A stretch of 64,000 bases of DNA, taken from a virus. The stretch is taken from IMG/VR virus record IMGVR_UViG_3300047470_000343, positions 29,786 through 93,785 of that record; one strand, 5' to 3'. Position 1 is the first letter of the stretch, and every line of letters begins with the position of its first letter. The position numbers and the translations under genes were made by a program. Positions 39,001 through 51,000 of this stretch are shown in pieces. The notes below the pieces were generated by a model that ran no database searches, had not been told where the DNA came from, and saw only the letters and a list, made by a program, of their open reading frames with translations.

Positions 39001-42000
39001 CGGCTGACGATCCGGAAGCGGTCCCCGATGCGGGGCTGGATCCGGGACCCGTCAACGGCCTGCCAGCCCTCCGGCGCGGGCACGCGGGACGCGCTGGCCC
39101 GCTCCTCCCAGGTCTCCATCCGGCGCTTCAGGTCGGAAGTGTCCTCGCGCCCCGGGTTGCCCTCCGGGAGCCGCTCCGCCAGCTCGCCGTCGTAGAGCGA
39201 CGCCGACTCCCTCTGCACTGCGTCGCCGCCCTTGAGCGGATCCCGCGACTCGACCTCAATACGAACGCCGCCGTTGAACTGCCTGGTGTGAAGTACGCGG
39301 CCCACCAAGTGCTCCGGCTCGTTGTATATCTGGTCTGCCCCAACGATGTGCACCCAGTCCCCGACCTCAATCTCGGACGCGGGAACCATGTCGCCGTCGT
39401 AGCGCTGTCGCAGCGCCGCGTACTCGTCGGGCAGCTCCGCGGCAGGGTTGGCGTTGTCGGCCTGGCGGGTGCCGGTGGGCGTGCGGCCGGAGCCGTCACC
39501 GCGGTCGCGGCCGCTGCCCGTGCTGGGAGTGCTGCCGTCGGGGAAGTTGGGCAGGCCCATGCCGGGGCCGCCCGGGAGCCCGCCGCCACCACCACCGCTG
39601 GGGACGCCGTTGCCCAGCCCGTTGCGGCGACGCCGGCGCCTGTCCCGCTCCTCGTCGTTGTTGTCATTCTCGGACTCGTCCGTGTTCGGCTCGTCGGTCC
39701 CCGGCTCGTCGGTCTGGGACTCGTCGGTCTGGGGCTTGTCGGTTTCGGGTGCGTCCGTGTTCGGGTCGCCGGTCCCAGGCGCGTCGCTCTTGGGCGCGGC
39801 ATCGGGAGCGACGCCGGCCGTCGTGTCGGTCGCTTCGGGGTTGGGGGCATCGTCCGGCGCGGCAGTGTTGCTCTTGGGCGAAAGCCGCTCAGCCCACTCA
39901 TCGCTCTCGCCGTCGGCGACATAGATGTCGTCACCTGCGTGCCCACGCGTCGAGACGGCCAGCCGCCAACCGTCAACCTGGGTGCCGTTGCGCCACATCT
40001 GCGCCCGCTCCGGCGGCTGCAACAGGTCGCCCTCGGCCACGTATATGCCGCCGAGGAACTCGCTCGATCCGCGGACCCGCAGACGCTCGCCTTCCTTCAG
40101 CGAGGCGACATCAGCGGCCTCGCCTTCCGGGCGCCGGGAAATGGCTTGAGCGGCCTCCCACTTGCGGTCGTCTTCCTCAATCTCCCGCTGTACCCACTGG
40201 TCGCGGACTGCGGCGTTCGCCTTCTTGCGCAGGGCAGGCTCCGGCGCGGTCAGGTGAACGACCCAGTCGCCCGGGTGCTCGGTGTGGCTGCCAGTGGAGA
40301 GGCTGGTCGTGCGCGTTCTGCCCTCCTTGCCGTCCGCGTGCAGGTTGATGACGCGGTGGACGGCGCCCAGACCGTCGAACCTGTTCTCGTTCCTAAACCA
40401 GCCTCTCGCCGGGCGGTAGAGGTCGCCGGGCTTGAGGTTTTGCAGACGCGTCCAGCGCATGCCGTCGGGGAGTTCGGCCTCTCCGACGATGAGCTGACCG
40501 CTACCCGTCCTGGGGTCGGCGACAGGAACGTACTCGGCGCCGAGGGCGCTACGCCTGGCGTTGTAGTGGTGGTACCCGGCGAACGACTGGTCGTCGTCCT
40601 GCCCGCGCCAGGCATGGAAACCCGCGTAGTACGACGTGACGTCGTCACGCGCCGAAATGAGGGATCGCCGCACTTCGGGGAAAGCTCCAGTGAGCCCGTT
40701 CGCTTTCTGTTCCGGGTCGTCGCCACCCGCAACGCCAACGAGGAAGTCCTTGACCTGCTGCTCTGTGAGCCCATGCCGGTCGGCATCCACCACAGCGGCA
40801 GCAATCTGGTCCGGCACAACCTGCCGGATCTGCTCGCTGTCTTCGGCCCACCGGGCATTCAGCTTCTCGGCGGCATCCTTCAGGCCGGATCGCGTAGCGA
40901 TGCGCGGGAGCATGATCTCCCGGCTTGCCGCACGGAACTCCCCGGCAAGTCGCTGTGTGGCCTCCCGCATGGAGGCTGCATGACCGGCGAGGAAATCCCT
41001 CTGGTCGCCGTCGTACTGCGCGAGCAGATGACGCGCGTTCTCGTCGAACTGGTCCAGAGGGAAGGCATCACCCGCGCTACCGATCCACTGGGGGGCCCCC
41101 TTCGGGCTGAGCGGCATGTAGGCGGGGCCGGGCATGTTCTTGACCCGGTCCAGAAGCGCATTCCGCGGACCGTCCGGGGCCGGGTTCGCCCACACGCCAG
41201 CCCACTTGCGGTACTCGTCGACGCTCTCCTGGTCGTCCCGGGTGTATTGGCTCAGGTCGAGCCCGGGAACGTCCGGGATCTCCAGTTCAGGCACCGGGCC
41301 GGGAGGCGCCATCCGCTCGACCTCATGGCCGGCAGGGACTTCGATCACGTCGTCCTGCTCATAGGCGGCATGCGGCGTGTCCGCGATGTGCACCGTCCAC
41401 GACATGACCGGGTCATCGCGGCGAGGGCCGTCTCGCCTCGCCGAGCTGCTGACGACGTACCCCTCGCGGGTGACCTCGCTGCCGTCCGCGTCCGGCACCG
41501 TGACGCGGATGTACTGGCCGGGCTTGACCGATTCCATGTCGACAGGGCCCAGCGCCGGGGCTTCGGGAGCGGGTAGCCGCTGGATCTTCTGGTCAGCGGG
41601 GATGTCAACCTGGTTGCCGCGGCCGGGCGACTGGTTCGGCCCGGTGCCGAGGTACAGGATCCACGCGTCGTAGTCTCCGTGCCGGGGACGGTGGCCCTTG
41701 CCCTTGCGGGGGTTGGCCAGGAGGTAGCCCTCGTGGACTCTGATCCTGTCCACGGTGTCCGACACTTCCACGCGGACGTAGTCGTTGAGGCGGGCCTGGT
41801 CCGGGCTGATGGTCTCCCCACCGGCCTCCGTCTCGGAACCGGCCTCGCCCTGGTCGCCGTTGGCGGCCGGGCTGCTGTCGCCGCCGTTGAGGTCGGTCAG
41901 CTCCTGGCGGACCTGCGCAGCGTCGAGCTTGACCGGGGTGCCGGCCTCCGACGTCTCCCGGTGCCCGTACGGAACCCAGTCCGGGGCGTCGACGTCGCGC

Positions 42001-45000
42001 GGGACGTCCGGCTCGCCCGGAGGGGGCATGGTCTGCCAACTGTGCCAAGCGCGCGACGCCTGCGCACGGATCTTGTCCGCAAGTCTCCGGAGAACTGCCT
42101 GCCGACGTCGGCCCTCGGGGGTCGACGCGTCAACGCTGTCCGCGGTGGCCGCGGCCTCCTGCGCGAGCCGGTTCATCTGCTGGTAGTTGAGGCCGCCCTG
42201 ACCCCAATGCTTCGCAGCCTCACTCAGCTCAGGGTCAGAGGACTTCTCCCAGTCCTTGACGAGCTTGAAGAACTCCTCTCGCTGCACGTCGCTGAGCTCG
42301 GAGTACTGGACTATGTCGCTGCCCTCTTCGGGCCGCAGGTGCCGCCAGGCCGTGTCCTTCAGCGCCACCCGCATTCCGCTGTCGCGGCGGTTGCTGTCGA
42401 CGGCCTGAGCGGCTTCTCGCGGCCCGTACAGCGGGTCGGAGTCCGACTGCGCCGTCCCGCCGGCGGTCTGGCCACCGCGGGCGTCCTGGCCATGCCACAC
42501 AGTGCCGCGGCGGCGGATCCAGCCGACGGCGTTGCCGTCCTCGTCGAGAACCTGCCCGCGGCCTTCCTCCAGGTCCAGATTGGCCAGGCGCGCGCCGTAG
42601 AAGAGCCCCAGGCCCTCGGGGGACTGCGCCGACTCCAGATCCTGCTGCCGCTTCTCCGCGCGTGCCGTTTCCTGCGAGGTGGGGGCGTCGTGCTCGGCCG
42701 TGCGCGTCTCGCCGGGCATGGACAGTTGGCGGGGCTCGTACGTCCGGGGAGCGCCGCCGCCGTCGAGGACAACGACCTTCCCGTCCTCGGCGAGGATGAC
42801 GCGGCCTTCCCCGTTCGGGGTGACCACCCAGTCGCCGTTGTTCCACTCGGGGGCGGTAGAGCTCTCAGGGGCTTCCCGGTCCGGCTTGGCGATTGTGGAG
42901 GCAGGCAGTTCCTTCGGGAGGGTGATGCCTCGGAGCTTGGCGCTCTCCTTCACGTCGCTGCGGCGCAGCGCTTCTTCGGCGGCCTGCCGCGACTCCTCGG
43001 TCTCATCCAGGGTGACGAGCTGCCGGGGGTCGTAGCCGGTCCCGCCGCCTCCCTGGGTGTTGAGGACAGCGGTGTAGAGCGATGTGTGGCCGTCTGCGTC
43101 CGTCTTCGCGGACATGACGAACCGTGAACCCCACAGCGGGTCGCCCGACGAGCCCAATCGGATCACGTGGCCCGGCTGGATCTCGTCCGGCGAGACAGCC
43201 CGGAATCCCTCGGGGAGGGTGTCCGCCCACGCGGGCCTGGGGAGGGCAGAGCCGTCGTCCGCGCGCACCGCGATGAAGTGGTCGGCGTACCAGTCGGGAT
43301 TCGCCTGGAACTCGTTGCCGGAGCTGTCGCGCAGGATCGGGTTGCCGTGGGTGCCCACGACGCGGGCGGTGACGGTCTGGCCGTCGTGATTGCGGTAGTC
43401 GACGTAGTAGCCGACCTTGTAGGCGATGTCGAAGCGGCGACGGTACCGCTCGACCTCGTACGGGGTGGCGTCCGGTCCGGGCGGCTCCTCGTTGCCCGCG
43501 ATGATGTCGTCGGCCGGGGCCTTCGGCGCGGCTTCGGGTGTCTTGAGCGCGGCGAGGTCGTTGCGGACCTGCCCGGCGTCGAGCTTGACCGGGGCGTCGC
43601 CGCCGGCCGACGGATACCGGCCCTCAGCCACGGCCTGGTTCAGCTCGTCCTCGGACGCGACCGGCAGTTGCGGCCGGTCCTGCCCGTTGCGGCGCTGCAC
43701 CTGCGCGGTGCTGATGTACTGCTCGCGCTGCTGCCCGTCCACGTCGTAGCGGGCGATGAGCCCGGGGCCGTCGAGGCGGGCGACCTCGCCCACGCGGCCG
43801 GTGCCGTCTTCCTCCTGGAAGTTGATCCGGTCGCCCGGCTTGAAGTCGTCGAGGACCCAGTCCCGCCGGTACTCGCCGGTCGGCGGCTGCGTCGGGTCGT
43901 CGTCGTTGACAGCCTCGAACACCCAGCCCAGGGATCCGGAGTCGAGGACGTCGGTCGCCCGGGTCACCGCCACATAGGCGACGCGCAGGTCTTCATCCTC
44001 GGGGACGGTGTCCCACTTGATGTGGCCGTTGTCGTCGTACTCGGGGCCGCGGAAGTCGTCCGCGATCCTCACGCGCTCCGACTCCAGACCCTTGGACTTG
44101 TGGGCCGTCGTCACGAGCAGATCGTGCGGCTTCTTCTCGTCGACCAGGCGGCCGCCGCCGGTGTCCTCCTGCGGGTACAGCTTCGCCAGATGGGCGTCGA
44201 TCTTCGCCTTCGCGTCTTCCAGCGACAGCTTGTTGTCGACCTGGTAGTTGATCGTCCTTCCGTTCTTGGTGAAGGACTCGGTGCGCTTGCCGGGCTCGTA
44301 GTAGTAGCGGCGGGACTCGCGGTCGTACAGCAGCTTGCCGACGCCGTTGGTCTTGCCGTCACCGAGCCACCGCTTGAGCTGGTCGACCTTCGGGTCGTTC
44401 CAGTCGAGCGTGACCCACACGCGGCCGCCGACGTTCTCCGTTTCCGCGGCCTGCGCCCCGGACTCCATCAGCTTGTCGATCTCGTCGCTGTGCTTCTCCA
44501 GCAGCGCGAACAGGCTCTTCAGTTGCTGGAGCTCCGGGTCGGAGTTGACCTCTTCGAGGATGTCCTCGTACGACTTGCCGTTGAAGCGGGCGAGCTCGGC
44601 GTGGCTGGTGCGCTCCCCCTTGGCAAGGGTACGAGCGGCCGTCACGAACTCCTGCAAGTCCTTCACGCCGCCGGACACGGCGATCGTGCGGCCGGCGGCG
44701 AGTCCCTCCACCGCGGCGAGCGCAACACCGGCGTTCGTGCGGGCGATGACCATCGTCTCGTCGCCCGGCTTGATGTTGCCCAGACGCGAGTCCTTGCGAT
44801 CGAAGCCCTTCAGCCGCATCCGCGTGCCCAGCAGGCGCAGGAACCGGTTGCCGACGTTGGCAACGGCCGGGCCGAAGCGGAACGACTGGGTGAGCGTGGC
44901 CCGCGCGTCGACCGGGAGCTTGCTGAGCGCGTCAGAGGCGCCACGGAAGCCGTAGATGGCCTGGTTGGAGTCGCCGACCGCGACGACCTGAACGCCCTGG

Positions 45001-48000
45001 TCGATGGCGGCGCGAACCACGCCCTCCATGACCGGGTTGACGTCCTGCGCTTCGTCCCAGAACAGGGTGTCGGCGTCGATCTTGAACCCGCCGACCGCCC
45101 ACATCTTCACGATGTAGTCGAAATCCATCGGCAGGTCTTCGTCCGCGTCGCCCTTGGTCGGGTCGGACAGGTTCGCCCACATGCGGTCGGCGAGCGGCTT
45201 CACCGCGTTGAACAGGTCGCGGGCCTCCTGCGCCGTCTTGGCGCCGGTGATGTGCTGCGGGCCCATCTCCGCGTCCGCGGACTTCGCCCACGTCTTGATC
45301 ATCAGCTCGGCGACGGTCGCAGCACCGCCCGGAGCCAGATCCCGGTTCCCGGCCTTGACCGTGTCGTACCAGCGCATGCGGTCCGCGATCTGCTGCGCGG
45401 ACAGCTTCTTGAACCCGCCCTTCTTGTGGTTGGGCAGACGGTTGTTCAGCCGCTTGTCCGCGACCTTCGCCGCATACCCGTTCGCCGTCGAGGCGGTCAG
45501 GTTCTTCGCGTACTCGCCGCGGGCCTGCGCCTCGCGCGCCTCGTTCGCCACCGACCGGTTGAACGCCAGATAGACGATCTTCTTGCCCGGCATGCGGTGC
45601 GACAGCATCTTGAGCGTCGACGACTTGCCCGTACCGGCGAGCGCCATCACGGCCATGTTCAGGCCGCGGCGGGCCGCGCCGTCGATGATGATGCCCTGCT
45701 CCTCGGTGGGCGGGTACGACTCGTTCGCCGCCGCCGCGGCGTCGATACGCGCCCAGTCCTCGTCGGAGTAGCCGCCCGCCTTCGCCGCGGGCAGGTCTTC
45801 CACCCGGTGCACCAGGCCCGTGGCTTCGGCGTCGTTCAGCCCGTACCCGGCCAGCCGGTCACGGATGACGTCGCCGCGCTTGCGCGGGATGACCTTCCCG
45901 TCCTCGTCACGCTCGACAGTCGGCTTCCAGCGGCGCCGCTCCTCCTCCTCCAGCTCGAACCGGCGCTGCTCCAGACGGAGCCGGTAGGCGAGATCGACGG
46001 AGTCGGTCGCGTCCTTCAGCGGCTCGATCTGCTCGTCGAGGGTGTCGATCTCCTCGCCGATCTGGCCGCCCTCCATGTCGGCCGGCGGGGTGGCCGGGAC
46101 CGGGCGGGCATCCGACGGCGCGGTCCGCTGCCGCTGGGGAGCGCTACCGCCCGTGCCCGTGCCCGCGGCGGGTGCCGGGACCGGCTCGGGAGCTGGCTGC
46201 TCCTCGCGCTCCGGCTGGGAGAGCCGGTCACGGCGGGCCCGCAGCTCTCGCTGCACCGCACCCACCTGGACACCGAAGCGTCCCGAACGCTCCTCCGGCG
46301 TCATCTCCTGGTCGTGGAGAGCGTCCGCCAGGTGCAGCGCGGTCTCGCTGGCCGGGCCGAACACATCGCCCGCGGCCTCGCCCCACTGCTGATCCAGGAA
46401 GGTGAACAGCTCGTCGGAGAGCTGCGCGACCCGGCCGCGGGCCTGGCCGCCGAACTGCTCCTCATACCGTGCCCTCAGCGAGCCGAGAGCCGCACTGTTG
46501 TCCGCCTTGTTCGCGGTGAACAGGGAGCCGACTTCACCGTCATCCGCCGCAGACGGGGCCGGGGTCGGCCCCGAGGCGGCGGCAGGCTGGTTCGGCGCAG
46601 CCGGGGGTTCGGTCTCGTTGGTGGTCGGCTCCTCGGCCGGAGTTTCCGGCGCGGGGGCCGGGGTGCCCGTCAGGCTGCGGCGGAACTGCTCCTGTGCCTC
46701 CCGCTCGATGCGGTCGCGCTGCGCGTCCTCGCGGCGGCGCTTCTCGACCGTCACCGCGTGGCGGGCAAGGTAGTCGTCGGTGACCCGCAGGAAGTTGTCC
46801 AGCGGCTCCGCCATGCCCTGCCGGTCAGACTCGGTCAGCCTGTTGCGCAGGCGCTGCGCGTCCTCGTGAGCGGCACCCAGGGCGCTGGCCGTGTCGTCGG
46901 TGTCGCCCGACTCCTGTGCGGCGATGGCCTGGAACACGTTGTCGCGGAGCGAGCGGGCCGGAGCCGGTATTTCCCGGCCCCACGTGGCTTCGGCCGCGGT
47001 GGTGACCTGTCCCTGTGCGCCTTCCACTCCGGCGATGCCCGCGCGCCACTCGCGCTCGTTGGCGAACGGGCGCACCGTGTCGGCCTGCTTGCGGGCCGGC
47101 CGCGGGCGCTCTTCCTTGGGCGGGGTGTTCCGGGGGGTCGGGGGCTTCGGGCCGGTGCCCGGGATGCCGCTGGTGGGCGCCGCGGCGGCCGGGGTCTCCT
47201 CCGGCTTCGGGGTGTCCTCCGCTGCGGGCTTCGTGTCCGCCGGGTCGGTGATGAGCGTCGACCCGAAGTTCTGGAAGAACTCCTCGTTCGGGTCCGGCGA
47301 GTCTTCGGGGTCACCCCAGTCCGAGGAGTCGTCCTTGCCGAGCTGCTGGGTACGGCCCTCGATCAGGTCCCGGTGGTTCGGGTCGGTGGACTGTCCGTCG
47401 TTCCTGTAGACCTCGTCGTACGCCACCACGTCCCGCATGTCGACGTCGGGCAGATGTACCAGGAGCTCACCGGGGGCGTAGTCCGGATCGAGCACGATCG
47501 AGCTGCGCAGCTCGTCTTCCCTCGCATCGTCGAAGTCGCTGCTCCGGATGACGTCGCCGCGCTTGAAGTCGGACGCCTGCCAGGGCTGTTCCGGCTTCTG
47601 GGCGGGCTGCGGACCGGTGTCGTCGCTGGCGGTCGGTTCGGTGTCCGGGGAGATCTGGGCGAGGTCGTTGCGGACCTGCTTCGGGTCCAGCATCGTCGTG
47701 CCGCCCTGGCCGCTGGGCTTCGAGGACGGCTCCGAGGCGGAACGATTCTTCGCACGGCGCTGCTGCTCACGCTGAAGTCCGGCGTGACGCATCACGTCGG
47801 CTTCGCTGGCTTCGTCGTTGGCTATGAGCTCGCCCAGGCGCTCGGTCTCGCCCGTCAGCTCGGACTCGTTCATGGTGAGCGCGTCCGACTGCGCCGGGGC
47901 TGCCTGCTGCCGCTCGACCCGCGCGAGGAACGCCTCACGCTTCGCGGCGAGCTTCTTGTCCCGTACGGCCTTGCGGGCTTCGTCCGTGGGCCACACGAAC

Positions 48001-51000
48001 TTGACCTGCCCCTTGTCGTCCTGCGTGACGGCCGGCGGGGCGGGCGTCTTCGGCGACAGGTTCACGTCCCGGGCGGCCACCTGCGAGAGGACGTCTTCCT
48101 GCTCGCCCATCAGCTCGTGGAGCTCCGCGTCCAGCGCCTTGATCTGGCCTTCGCGCCTCTTGGCGTCTTCCTCACCGCCCGCGGGCTGCGCCTTCAGGCG
48201 CATGATCTCGTTGAGGATTTCCAACTGCCGGTTGGCGGTGTCGTACTCGTCGGTGAGATCGAACTTCTTGCCGACCCGGGCGGTTGCCTGTTCGGCTGCA
48301 CGCTGCTTGTCGGAGAGGAACCCCTCCTCACGGGCGATCTTGCCTTCGATGCTGGCGAGCGCGTCCTCGATACGCATCAGCGGAAGCATCTGCGGCTTGT
48401 CGTCGATGTCGACGAGCTCGTGCTCCTCGTAGGTCTTGCTGCTGCCGGAGATCGCCGGGACGTCGATGGTGACTGCGTGCTCGGTCCGGCCCTGGTAGGT
48501 GTTCCAGACACGTTCGTACTTGGCCGTGACGTCGAGGCCGCCGATCTGCCCGATCACCTTGGGCGGGGTGTTCGCGTTGTACATGCCCTGACGGCCGCCG
48601 ACCAGGATCGCGCGGGCCGTCGTGTTCAGTGCCGAACGGGCTTCGTCGCGGCCTTCCTTGCCCTCGAAGTCGGTGGTGCCGATACGGGCGTTGAAGTCGG
48701 CGCCACGGGTCGGCTTGCGCTTGGCCTTGGCGTCTTCCAGCGCCGCGACGTACTTGGCGGCCTGCCCCGCGTAGAACTCTGCGTCGCGGATCGCACGCTT
48801 GAAGCCCTCCTGAGAGCGCTGGTGGGCGTTGAACCGGGCGCGCAGCCGCTTCACGATGGGCTTGATCTGCGCCTGCGCGATCAGGTGCGGGTCACCCGCG
48901 GTGAGTGCGCTCGCCTCGTCGGCGTCGAAGGTGATCTTGCCGATGTCCTCGACGACGCGTTCGTTCAGCGAGCCGCGCATCAACTGGCGAATGAACTTCG
49001 CCTTACGGGCGATGGCTTCCCAGAACTTCGCGTCGGTCGACCGTTCGGTGGCGTACTGGAAGATCGCCACTTCTTCGTTCGCGTTGCCCTGCCGGATGAT
49101 GCGGCCGTTGCGCTGGTCGACGTCGGCGGGCCGCCACGGAGCATCGACGTGGTGCAGCGCGACGGCGCGCAACTGCACATTGGTGCCGGTGCCCATCTTC
49201 GCGGTGGAGCCGAGCAGAACGGAGATCTTGCCGGTGCGGGCCTCGTGGAACAGGCGGGCCTTGGCCGCGTCGTCCTTGGCCTCGTGGATGAACCGGATCT
49301 TCTCCGAGGGGATCCCGCGGGCTACAAGGAGCTTCTTCAGCTCGTCGTAGGTGGAGAAGTCGGTGTAGGTCTCGTCGTCGTTGCCGTCGTCGGTGGCGGC
49401 GGCGGCCTGGTCGCCGGTGTCGGCGTCCTCGCTGGTCGCCTTCTTGCGGCGCTTCCTCGTCTTGCCCGGGTCCTTCGGCGTGCCGAGGTCGAGGAAGACG
49501 ATCTGAAGCCCGCCCGGGGTGGCGTGCGGCGCGGGGTCGTTCTTGGGGTCCGTCGGATAGACGGCGTCCTTGGTCTGCTCATAAATCCGCGTGACGTTGT
49601 CCGCGACGGTGGGCAGCTTGTTGCCGGGCCCGGCGTCGGGGTCGATCAGGCGCGGGTCGAGAGCGGACAGCCGGCCATCGGTGAGGAGCTTGAGGTAGTT
49701 GTCCTCCTTCGGGTCCACGTTCCCGCCGGACAGGCGAGCCGCACGAGCCTTGATCTGCTGCTCGTACGCCTCCTGCGCCTCGGACATCGGCATCGTGATC
49801 GTGACGGCCTTGCCGCCGGCCACCTCGGGCACGGGAAGGTCGAGGTCTTCGGACGTTTTGACGTCGGCGAAGCTGCGCCACAGGCGAAGCAGTTCGGGGA
49901 CGTTCTGGAACGCGGCGAGACGGACCTTCTCCGAGAACGTGCCGTCGGCGCCCCGCTCGACGGCGGAGACCATCTGGGCGAACGTGGAAGCGAAGTCGTC
50001 GAAGTCCATGAGCCCGAGCTGTTCGAGCAGGTCAGGGCGCAGGTAGCGCATCATCGTGTGGACTTCAGCGATGGAGTTCGCCACCGGAGTGGCCGTCGCG
50101 AACGTCACGACACGGCCGGTGTTGGAGCGCTGACGCAGCCACTCCAGCTTCATTTCGAGGTCGCTGGCCCGGTTGGCGCCTTCGATTGCAGCGATAGACG
50201 ACGGCGTAGCCAGGTTCTTGAACATGTGGGCTTCGTCGACTACGAGGTAGTCGATGCCCATGTCCTCGAAGTTGAGCCCGGCGGCGTCCTTGAGCCCGCT
50301 CAGCTTCCGGTCGAGCTTTTCCTCAAGGTTCTTGAGCTGGTTCTGCATCCGCTTGACGAGGCGGGTGTCGTTCTCCGCGCCGTCGAGGGCCTGCTGCTTG
50401 AAGATCTTTTCCCGCAGGCGCTCCAGCCGCCGCGTGATGTAGGCCTCTTGCACCTCGGGGCGCATCTGGATCGACTCGAACGCGGTCTGCGTCAGGATGA
50501 TCGCGTCGTAGTCACCGGCCGCGGCCCGCGCGATGAACTCGCGTCGGCCCTTGCCTGCCAGGTCGTCGCTGGAGGCGGTCAGGATGCGGTTGTTGGCGAC
50601 GGACTCGGGGAACAGCTCGGCGAACTCGTGCCGGAACTGCTCCAGCATGTGACCGGGGACCACGATCGCGGCCTTGTTGACCAGGCCCAGGCGCCGCAGC
50701 TCCATGACGCCCATGGCCATCTCGGCGGTCTTGCCTGCGCCGACCTCGTGGGCGAGGAGGACGGACGGCTCATTGACCATCCGGGCGACGGCGGCGTGCT
50801 GGTGCGGGTGCGGCTTGAACCACTCGACCAGGCCCGGGATGGTGCGGCGCTGCCCGTCGTAGGAGCGCGGCGCCATCGCGTTGAAGTTGTCGTTGTAGAG
50901 CCGCTTGTACTTCTCGCCGCGGTCCGGGTCGCGCCAGAGCCAGTCAGTGAACTCCTCGCGCAGGAGTTCGGCCTTCGCCTCGGCGTCCTCGGTGCCCTTG

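Noticed and set aside
35100-43900. xLxxGD motifs in the giant protein as intein/Hint domains
   Set aside because: No N-terminal Cys block, TxxH motif or HN-[CST] junction was found; SH3/KOW-like barrels fit better.
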